DNA of 64,000 nt. Source: Cyanidioschyzon merolae. Taxonomy: Eukaryota. A program made the position numbers and the translations under genes. The DNA is taken from NCBI GenBank assembly GCA_000091205.1, contig AP006491.2, one strand, 5' to 3'. Under the pieces are notes generated by a model, which did no database searches, was not told the origin of the DNA, and saw only the letters and a list, made by a program, of their open reading frames with translations. Shown here one piece after another: positions 1-8,825 of this stretch (position 1 is its first letter; each line of letters starts with the position of its first letter).

Positions 1-630
1 TGCCAGCGCGCTGAAGAGATTGCGTAAGCGTTAAGGAAACAAACATGAAACGATATGCGCTGATAGCTTGCTCTGTGCTTGGAAAACGTCCTCTCCGCGG
101 TACCAGCTGGACGACTGGCAGGCGCCGCGCCGATGCGATCGTGTGAATGTGAAAGCGCGCACGCCTGGCGATGATGGCAACGTGGCGACGCCTCTGCGGT
201 ATATGCCGCAGCAGCTCGGCATGCGCTGCAGGTACGACTATCAGGCGACGCTGATGTTTCTATAGGTGCAATCGCTGTCGCGGGCTTCGAGAGCGTCTCC
301 ATACGGACGCACGGGTAAAACGGTGGTGCATAGGGCGGGGACGTCACAAAAAAAAGTAAGAAAAGAAAAATGCGCATAATCGGAGAATGCTGGCCGAAGT
401 CAACGTTTTGTCAATGGAAAAAAATAGGCGGGGCGTCCAGCGCCGTTCATCGTGTGTCCTGTGGATGCAGGTGCGCTGGGGGCGCGTCCGTAACGCACGC
501 CCACGCTACGTTTAAGCGAATCTTAGAACTCCAGTTTCGTTATACCCTGGTAGTCGTCGTACTACCTGTGGCTATCGATCGAGTGCTCTGCAACGGACTC
601 GGGTGAACCTTTTGTGGAACAGTTTTATCC

Positions 631-1110
631 ATGAGTTCGGAACAAGCTCCAACCAAGGGGCAGCTTGCTCCTGTCATCAGGGCTACAGACCATAACGGAA
701 CGTTGGTGGACACCGAGTCTGTGCGAGGTCAACGGCCCGTCGTGGTGTTCTTCTTTCCGCGAGCGTTCACCGTGGGCTGTACCCGAGAAGCGTGCGCGTT
801 CCGTGACTCTTATTCGGCTTTCGAAACTCTGAACGCAATGGTGGTAGGCGTATCAGCTGATTCCCCACAGGTTCTGCGGGAGTTCGCGCAGCAACATAAA
901 CTTCCGTTCCACCTTGTTTCGGATACCGACGGGAGCCTGCGCAAACTCTTCCAAGTGCCCAGATCCCTGTTCGGTCTTCTTTCTGGGCGGGTTACCTATG
1001 TCATCGGACGGAGCGGCCGCATTCTGGATATATTTAATAGTCAGCTCAGTTGGACCGAACACGTAAACGTGGCGAAGAAGGCTATCGCTGCAGAGGAGGC
1101 CGCTACATGA
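631..1110 (+). CDS. Peroxiredoxin Q / bacterioferritin comigratory protein (AhpC/TSA thioredoxin-fold peroxidase)
   Basis: 159-aa ORF. Motif FFFPRAFTVGCTREACAFRD matches the BCP/PrxQ peroxidatic-Cys signature (F-x-P-x-D-F-T-x-x-C-T-x-E-x-C-x-F-R-D). The resolving Cys is 5 residues downstream. Confidence 0.8.
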   Translation: MSSEQAPTKGQLAPVIRATDHNGTLVDTESVRGQRPVVVFFFPRAFTVGCTREACAFRDSYSAFETLNAMVVGVSADSPQVLREFAQQHKLPFHLVSDTDGSLRKLFQVPRSLFGLLSGRVTYVIGRSGRILDIFNSQLSWTEHVNVAKKAIAAEEAAT

Positions 1111-2049
1111 CAAGTCGAGCGCCTCCAGAGCCTCGTCTGCTGGCGGCAGCTCGAACGCCAGCGGTGTTGAAAACGTCGCTCGCCAGTGATCGCGAAAAAT
1201 GCCGTCATGTGCACGCGTGCCGGCAGTTGGTTTCCCTGAAAGCAACTGCCCAGGTGTGCCTCGGTTGGTACGTACGGTGACGTAAAGCAGGGCGTGGCCC
1301 GCTGTGAAAAGTTTTCGTAGTTGAGCTCCAAGTTCCAGCATATTTTGAAGATCGAGTCGCTGCATCGCTGTCTCTGTGGTATATGATGCGCGCGCTGCGG
1401 TCAACTCCGAATAACGTCCGACGGACACCGTCCAGCAAGTCTGCAACGACGAGCGGGAACCCAGATACCCATGCATGCGGGATACCGACTCGCTCACAGA
1501 AGCTTGGCGACAGCCGCGCTGCGCGTGGGACGTCATGCGGCAGAAGCAGCAGCGTATCGATATCGAAAAGCTGTGCCTGTGAAGCCCAGTACTCAACCTC
1601 AAGAGACGTGCGCTGACAGCGAAAACCTTTCTCTCGGACTCGCCGATAACCGATGAATGACTCGTACGCATCATCATCGATGCATCGATTATCGACACAA
1701 ACGGTATCGAATGAAGAGCGCCTGGTCGCTGCAACGCTGGCAACTGCTCGGGTTTCGATTCATGCTGCGGAGGCTGTGCACCTGCCGCCAACGAACGGTA
1801 ACACTGCACTCGTGCGAGGCAACCTCGCCATGCTGCTGCCCGAGTTGAAACCCCTGCTCATGAACCTCAGGCGAGTGTCTCGCCGCGGATCTCGTGCCGC
1901 GGCAGTCGGGTGTGCGCATGCTTCTATGTATGTCTCTGTTTTTGTCAATGGTTACCCGTTCGTGTTGCCAGCGTCGTTGTAAAAACACCTCGACTGTGCA
2001 CGTACGGTCGTCGTCGACCGATCCAAACCACAAGACGCTAGCTGCCGAG

Positions 2050-4419
2050 TCAACGATTCTCGGCAGGTCCTTGACGCCGCATGTGGCGCTCGTAGTAGAA
2101 TTGCGCAAAGGTAGGCAGCACTCGAGAGGAGACCACGGATGAAAGCGAACCTCCAGGTTCCGGATGCGTACACGACGCACCCGATGCCTGGCGGAAGACC
2201 AGCGTTAGCTCATTTAGGAGCGTTTCGTAGCGGTAGCGAACACGAATAGATGGAACATTGGACTTGTGGATATCGTTCCCCTGGTCATTGGTGAGAAACC
2301 AGCGCGGTCCGAGCCAGTGCGCCTTCACACAGGGCTCGAAACCGCTCTGTAGCGCAGAGTTTCGCGCCAGTTCACAGAGATCCGAACTGCTCAGTTTCCA
2401 TATCTGAGCGGCTACCGAGTACTCTTCCATGAGCGGCTCGCGAGAGAAATGGAACATAAGTGGATCATCGGTGCTGAGGCTCACATTCAGCCCGCGTGCA
2501 ATAAACACTGGTACCGGTGACTTGGTGTAATCGACGAATAGCAGGTTATTGCCCAGCGGAGAGACAGCGAGACCCACTTGGCACAGGTAGTAGAGGTACT
2601 GCAGCACGGGTGCTTTTTTCAAGTTAATCCCGTGATTAATACCGTGCGCGAGGAGAAACGTCACTGCCAGGTGATCGATTTCGCCGGCTTCACCAGCATG
2701 TGGGCGGAATCGAAAGGTATGCAGGCCTCGATGCTCGCGAAACCTGTTCAAAACCCATAAATTAGCGTAGATGTAGTAGGTGAAGTATGCATAGGGCATC
2801 GGTGCTGAGGTACGCCACGCTAGCGGCGGTGGCAAGGTCAACAAGTCGATGCGTGGCTGCGGTACACTCTCGTCGTCAACGGTGTCGAAGCCTACAATCT
2901 GTTGCAGAACTGTGTGCAGCTCCGGATGCGTTGATGGATCTTGCGTGACCTCAAATAGCGGGAAGAAAATATTGTTCAACATTTCCTGAAAGGATTCCAG
3001 CAACCCTGCTTCGTGGTAGGCGCCGAACAAACGCGGAATCTGGATCAACCATCGGGCGTGATCCGAGTAGATTCGATGCTTGGTGAACCAGCGAGCAAGA
3101 CGATCCCACTCGCATCGTTTTTTGCCGTATATCGAGATTCGGGGCTCGATATGGGAGTACTTGCTCTCTACAAGATCATCGAGGACCTCGCGGGTGATTT
3201 CCGCCAGAAATCGGCCTTCGATAAAGTTGTCCGTTTTCAGAAACACTTCCCGAAGACGAGATTCTCCCAGCGGGGAATACTTGTTATTGAAGCGGTCAAA
3301 GCGCTGCACGGTACGCTTATCCGCGTGCACGTCGAGCGTGTCCACCGACAGCTCATACGCCGTGATGCCGAGGGAGTCGAACACCCCGGCCAGCGTCAGA
3401 ACGCGGCCATCGCGCTCAATCACTGGGGTGTTCGGCTCGGTCTTGAGTTTCTTCTTAATAAATCGGAGCAGGTGCTTCTGGTTCATACAGGAGCTGTGAT
3501 GAATATGCGTGTCAACCTTGCGGACATTATAAAAGTCTCGATGCGGCACTGTCATCTGCTCTAGCCGCTCTGCTTCATCGTTGAGTAGCAGATGCATTTG
3601 AAAGCGCAGAGAGAGTAGTTGCAGACGCCTGTAGCAGAACGAGCGGGAGTCGGGATCGTTCATGATCCCGATCAGCGTGTTCAGATCGTGCACGAAAAGC
3701 GCATAGGAGCCAGGAACAACGAACTTGCACGGTTCGCGGCTTGTCTCGGTTGCCGGTCTTGTGACCTCCATGATGCCATCACGAACTTCGAACGCGTAAT
3801 CGCCCTTCGCCAGGGCTGGCCCTCGAAAAGGATCATACGGTGGCGGGACGTGGATACTCAGGTCACAGTCGCGGTACGGAGGTGCCGGGTTCGCATACTC
3901 TGGGACTTCAGGTAGGTAGAGGTATTTCTCGCGGAGGGCGATAGCGTTTCGGAGCAGTGCACATACCCTGCGCTCGTCGGCGTTTAACTCGACCTCGTTC
4001 GTGATGAGTACTCGCTGAAAACCTCGCTCTGTAACCGCAGATCGGAGTGAGCGGAAGGCTTGCCCAAGTTCTCGCCGGAGTTCAAGCGTCTGTAACGCAG
4101 TCAGGGTCGCCTCGTCTACCGAGGCCGTGTTGTGCACGAGTTGGGTTCCGTCGCTACGGTCACCTGAAGTGGAGGCTTCTTGCGCTCGCAGAGGATCGGT
4201 AACAGGAACCAGCAGCGCGTCCCGTGCCCTCTCGTCGGAGCGCTCACCAGCTGCCACCGACGATTGAACTAGACGACGCCAGTGAGGAGACAGGGCGCGC
4301 TGTGCAAGAACCGGTTCGGCATCCTCCTGTTCAAGGTCATGAATCCAAACGAGCTTGCCACTATCTCTACCAAATGGTTCCATGAGCGTGCACGTGCTCC
4401 AGTTCCCCGACACCGTCAC
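2050..4419 (-). CDS. AMP deaminase
   Basis: 789-aa ORF. The C-terminal catalytic region contains SLSTDDPLMFHFSREPLMEEYSVAAQIWKLSS, the AMP-deaminase signature SLSTDDPLQFHFT, plus the HxH metal-binding region (VDTHIHHSSCMNQKHL). The true start may be the downstream Met at 4383. Confidence 0.9.
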   Translation of the reverse strand: MTVSGNWSTCTLMEPFGRDSGKLVWIHDLEQEDAEPVLAQRALSPHWRRLVQSSVAAGERSDERARDALLVPVTDPLRAQEASTSGDRSDGTQLVHNTASVDEATLTALQTLELRRELGQAFRSLRSAVTERGFQRVLITNEVELNADERRVCALLRNAIALREKYLYLPEVPEYANPAPPYRDCDLSIHVPPPYDPFRGPALAKGDYAFEVRDGIMEVTRPATETSREPCKFVVPGSYALFVHDLNTLIGIMNDPDSRSFCYRRLQLLSLRFQMHLLLNDEAERLEQMTVPHRDFYNVRKVDTHIHHSSCMNQKHLLRFIKKKLKTEPNTPVIERDGRVLTLAGVFDSLGITAYELSVDTLDVHADKRTVQRFDRFNNKYSPLGESRLREVFLKTDNFIEGRFLAEITREVLDDLVESKYSHIEPRISIYGKKRCEWDRLARWFTKHRIYSDHARWLIQIPRLFGAYHEAGLLESFQEMLNNIFFPLFEVTQDPSTHPELHTVLQQIVGFDTVDDESVPQPRIDLLTLPPPLAWRTSAPMPYAYFTYYIYANLWVLNRFREHRGLHTFRFRPHAGEAGEIDHLAVTFLLAHGINHGINLKKAPVLQYLYYLCQVGLAVSPLGNNLLFVDYTKSPVPVFIARGLNVSLSTDDPLMFHFSREPLMEEYSVAAQIWKLSSSDLCELARNSALQSGFEPCVKAHWLGPRWFLTNDQGNDIHKSNVPSIRVRYRYETLLNELTLVFRQASGASCTHPEPGGSLSSVVSSRVLPTFAQFYYERHMRRQGPAENR

Positions 4420-5263
4420 ACAACAAACGCCGGTCTAAAGTCGAATGTCGCCTGCACTGTACAGTACCGGCGAGAAATTCGCCCCGGACAAGACGTCTCC
4501 AAATTATTCGCGGACGCCTCCCCGTGGTTCTCGACCGGCCACCTACTACTGCTTCCAACTTTTGCTCATATAATTCCACTTTGAGAGGTTGCCCCACAAA
4601 ATTCTCTCTTGTCCACTCTGGAGGTCTAGTCTGCAGCACTACACATGTCCTTATATTGAGAGCTGCATTAAAGTCTCGGTTCACAAACTCCATGCGTTTC
4701 TTACCGTTGGTTGTTATGCTAACCAATGCAAGGAGTCCTCGAACTTGTGCCCTCCTTTCCATCTGCTCTTCCGTCAGCTGTCCGTACTTTTTTATATCCT
4801 CAGGGCTCCTCTGGCACTTTTCCATCTCGACCCTTTGAAGTGTGCACCCCAGTTCATGATGTGTATACGATGTCCGGAACTCATCTATGGGTATCGTAAC
4901 GAAACGTTGTGCGCACTCCTTGTACGTTCGTGTCGTTGGAGCTGGCGTAGTCCTTTTTTGGGTCTTCCAGCGCCCTGCTCTGTATGCTTCTACCAGCCTC
5001 TGACTTTCATCCTCCTTCAAAGCGTTCAACTGATTGAAAACGTTCGCGAACGCGCGCCGCTTCCCACAATACAGATTCATACGCAGACTAGCCCACCGGG
5101 GCTTTGTATACTCCTCCCACAGTGCATCCCAATGCGCAACGCGAGCTTCCATGAATTTCCGGAAAGCTTCAAAGTCCGCTCCGCGGACCGTCACCTCGCT
5201 CAAAGCTTCCAGGTGCTCCTTCACCCCTGCATTCCATCTCTCAACTTTCTTCCTTGCATTCAC
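4367..5263 (-). pseudogene. C-terminal half of the TnpB/Fanzor-like protein (Zn-ribbon-like and RuvC-III regions)
   Basis: 298-aa ORF. It contains ...LVEAYRAGRW...IPIDEFRTS..C...C...VNRDFNAALNIRTC...NFVGQPLKVELYEQKL...GGRSRTTG. Its 3' end overlaps the first codons of the AMP deaminase ORF. Confidence 0.6.
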
Positions 5264-5413
5264 AATACCGGATTCTCGATAGCATCTCGATCTCGAGAAA
5301 TCTCAAAAGACGCATATCTTTCTGGCGCACGTTACCGTCAATGCCATCTTCCGCACGCTTCGGTTCAGCGACGGGTATGATATTCGTGTGTCCGGGGTCC
5401 GCGCCAATGACAA

Positions 5414-5530
5414 CGTCGTTATCCTCTACCTCCTGCGCGGCAGGACCCGGCTCCTTCTCATCTTCTTGTTTCGCCGCACCAACGATAACGTCGTTATCCT
5501 CTACCTCCTGCGTCGCAGGATCCGCCACCT
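5414..5530. repeat. Direct 75-bp duplication inside the Fanzor-like gene (encodes EVEDNDV-V/I-GA repeats)
   Basis: acgtcgttatcctctacctcctgcg occurs at 5414 and again at 5489. Confidence 0.6.
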
Positions 5531-7079
5531 TTTTTTCTTCATGCTTCGCCGAAGCGCAACTGAGGACGGAACTGGACGATCCACCTTCAAGCGCCGATAG
5601 TGTACGCACATGGCTACTCCATCGGTTTCGATCATCCCAGTGAGTACCTTTTGGTTGCTCGTCTAGACACGTATGAAATCGAAGGTATTCGTCCAATGCA
5701 ATTCCCGGTTTTCGCCCGTTAACTCCTTATCGCTGACATCGAACTCCGGACTGATCTTCTCCATGATGCTGTAAAGGACTCCGGAGTCGATTGAGACAGA
5801 GTGCGGCTTGATGTTGCACAACGGAACGACGTTGAAGCGCTTACCCATTAGGAAAGCCTTCCGTTCCTCCAACCCCGTCATTTCGTTTCCTGACTCAGCT
5901 TCATCTCCGCATTGCGTTCGAGTTCTCGGTTCAGGAGCATGAAATAGCGCAGGATGAGGGATACCATTTTTTTCATCTTTTTTCGTATATGATACGTTTT
6001 CTGCTGGATTTGACAAGCCCCATGACTGCACGGTGCTCTTGAATAGCCGCACGGATCAAAGTAGCTTCATACTTTCTCCCGCGTGATATCTTCTTGACGA
6101 CGAATTCGATCTCCTGTCCATTCTGGCGATCGCTCGTGATGCCATTGATGATGGTCCATATCCCCTGGCGGGAGAGGCCCAGGTACGTTGCAAAAACGGC
6201 GCATATCATGAAGCGTTTGAGTTTCATGGTCATACGATTCTTCAGGTTCGTGAGGTACTTGATCGTCCCGTATGAGTTAATATCTGCGACACTCTTGTAT
6301 AGAGTACCGTCGAAGCGGTATTCGGGGTGATTTTCGTGGACGGCATGCACTCTCTCATTTCTCCTCGACGCTTCCCCTGTGCCAAGCATCAGGTGGCGAA
6401 TAAAAGTCTTGTTGAAAAATTCTCTCGGAACCTCGAATGTTTTGATGTCCGTCATATCGCGATACATCTCCCTCGCCATATGCATCAGTTCAGAAGAAGT
6501 CTTTATAATTCTCAAGGAGTACGACTCGACACGGTTTCTGATGGCCTCTCGTAACTTTTTTTGTATGGATCCTTGGTATACTTTAGAAGACAGGCTTTCG
6601 CTACCATCTCATCTTACTGTCGCCTTCGTGCAGCTCCTTCATCTTCGCCTGCTCCTCTGGACTCGGCAATGTTTTTCGTTTTTCTCTGGCAGCTGGCGAC
6701 ACCGACCCTTCGAAATCCTCCACTTCCATATCAATGACTTGCTTATATTTTTTGGAAAAGAACGCACTATGAACGCTTCTGCTGGAAAGCGCGAAAACCC
6801 ACTGAGCACACTAAACTGAGGTTTGAAAAACGATCGGATTCAAAGACTATACTTTGCTATGACTTGAACGCGAATACATCTTGGACGCTATCGTAACACG
6901 CTGATGCCGCGATGCCATGCCGTTTTCGTGCATGCGACAAGTCCCCGGCAACAGTGCACGCTCCGAATGCCGCATCGCGTGTTTCCAGTCAAGTCTACGA
7001 ATAAGAAGGATGGCGCTTCCATTCGACGGCTACATGCGCTTCTTGTCTCATTTTTTGTCTGACAAACCGTTTACATTTA

Positions 7080-7760
7080 CCATGGATCCTAGATTGCGGG
7101 ATGGGTATTGGCTTTCGGGAAAGTGTCCATCATGCTGTACCCTACGTCAAATGTCTATGACCTGTTCTCGGATATACTGGTTATTTCGCACATTCTGTTG
7201 TGCGCCGACTACCTGCTCCGAGCGCCGCCCCCTGCAGCGCGCACACTGCTGGTACGGATGCAGTATGGAAGCAGCACGGCTTTGGGATGCCGCTGAGCGC
7301 GTCAGCTCGAAGCGCTGTTCACCTACAACGGGGTCGGAGTGCATAATCATTCTGGGAGCCTGCAAACCGCGCAGGTAGAGCTTCTGCGTGCGGCAATGCG
7401 ATGCGATATACTAGGAGTCCAGTGCAACCGGGGCGACGCCCAGACGCAGCCTACCTGCCCCTAGTCCCAGAGTGAATTGCGTTGCGGACGAGCTGCACAG
7501 ATGTCACTACAGCACCCGCCACTGCAGAGGAATACGGAGCAAAAACTCCGGTGGACTCGTCCAGCTCGCGGGATCTTCCGCCTAGAAAATAATCTTTTGA
7601 AAAAACGGAAAGTTTTCCCCCTTTCGAACGCTGACGATGCAGTTCGAACGAAATTGTTATCAAGTTGCTATTTCATGGTTGGTTTCTATCCCTTTTTCCA
7701 TAGCGCGGTCGATACCCGAACTTGGGATCGCCTCGGCATGCGAACGGTGGCATCGGGAAC
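7080..7760. repeat. Dispersed repeat family 2, copy 1 (~0.7 kb, non-coding)
   Basis: Blocks shared with 15595-16290: ccatgga(t/c)c..agattg(c/t)g(g/a)gatgggtatt, ctcggatatactggt, atcattctgggagcctgcaaa, gcga(c/t)gcccagacgca, agtcccaga(g/a)t..a.tgcgttgcgg, cgcgggatcttcc, g(c/t)gcggtcgata. Roughly 75-80% identity. Confidence 0.7.
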
Positions 7761-8825
7761 CGCTGGCCTGTGTAGACATTTTGTCAAATAAAAAACACAA
7801 ACGCTCCCTGGATCCTTCGAAATCCAATTCCCGATACAAATACTTGTTCGACTGCGGTGCATTGCAGTACTTGCTTGCAAGGAGCATTCGTTACTTTCCG
7901 AGACGCTTCCAGTAACCGCGCGACCGGTGATTCTGGTAAGGTGCATCGGGTGCTGACCCTGAATACCCGGACCCCCGCGCGAATGGCCAGGTGCTGGCAG
8001 CTCGACGTCCGCCGCTCCGAATGGCGGAGCTCTCACAGGCACTGGACAAGCGTCTGCGTTTAGGATACGGTCTGGGGGAATCGCCTGCCTCGAGAGGCCT
8101 GGAAGATGGACTCTACCATGTCAGCTGGACCCGCCAAGTCTCTTCGCTGCCCTTGTACGACCAAAGCGATTGATGTTCTGCCTAGCGAAGACGTGCTTAC
8201 AACCTAAAGTTTGTGTGTCGCTTCCCAGCGTTATCAACCTCAGTCTATATGAGGTGTTGATACAACTGTCTGCTTTTCTTCCCCATTATCTCCGAATTGA
8301 ACTATGTCGATCTCTCCGTTCCATCAAGTTCCGCTCTTAGCAGTCGACGTATGTTATAGGCAGCGTTCAAGTTCCGATTTAGCTGCTTCCGGCTGTTGCG
8401 CACGAATATCATTCCCATACGCTAGTTCCGAAACCTCGGCTTGAACGCTGCCATCAACAGAAACCGACTGCTTCAACCGGAGCTGCAAGGACAGGCCAAG
8501 GCATTGTGTTCAAAGCCGGATTTAACAGAGAAGGAAAAGAGGCAGCCGCAGGAAAATCTTTCAAACGCTTGTGCCAAGAAAGACGTCTGGCGCAACCGCA
8601 TGCAGTTCTCGTGAGTGCACTCGCCGATCGCTCAGTGGATCCGTTCCACTTTGATACTGGCATGGGTGCATTGAAATAAAATGAGACAATGCACACCTAG
8701 CAGCTGCAATCGCGATCGCCAGTCGATGCCCTGGTGAACGCCGTCGTGAGCAGGTCTCGCGAATACTGTATGTAATTGGAACATATGGACATGAGCATAC
8801 CCGAGAGGCTGCGCTCCCGTCGGGT

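Larger units (their letters stand above)
4367..6515 (-). mobile_element. Frame-disrupted TnpB/Fanzor-like (OMEGA-type RuvC nuclease) gene, most intact copy of a family
   Basis: Four consecutive minus-strand ORFs (5973-6515, 5663-6052, 5241-5696, 4367-5263) tile the region with frame changes. RuvC-I-like KPHSVSIDSGVLYSIM is at about nt 5786; compare TnpB vGIDlGlk. TIPIDEFRTSYTHHELGC-x9-C at about nt 4880 is a TS..C Zn-ribbon start like TnpB VDPxYTSQxC. RuvC-III-like NRDFNAALNIR is at about nt 4675. The same C-terminal protein family recurs at 56.5 kb and 62.3 kb. Confidence 0.6.

Noticed and set aside
853-1809. Long antisense or overlapping ORFs, for example 853-1809(-) over peroxiredoxin, 3013-3564(+) inside AMPD, 8561-9394(-) over the ABC-F start, 35741-36511(+) over TBCC, 18957-19525(+) inside SNF2, 31485-31979(+) inside PI4K
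   Set aside because: Low-complexity Arg/Ala/Ser-rich translations are typical of GC-rich non-coding frames. Each overlaps a gene with strong homology on the other strand.
4367-6515. Interpreting the TnpB-like genes as a bacterial IS200/IS605 insertion or contamination
   Set aside because: The flanking genes (AMP deaminase, NDUFA13, PI4K, DCAF13) are eukaryotic and contiguous with the element. No Y1 TnpA is present, and codon and GC usage match the neighbours.
5973-6515. The upstream ORF (MRIIKTSSEL…KKISRGRKYEATLIRAAIQEHRAVMGLVK) as a separate transposase gene partnered with the nuclease
   Set aside because: It has no recognisable transposase motifs (no DDE, Y1 HuH or Y2). It is more parsimoniously the N-terminal (WED/REC-like) part of the same frame-disrupted TnpB/Fanzor-like gene.
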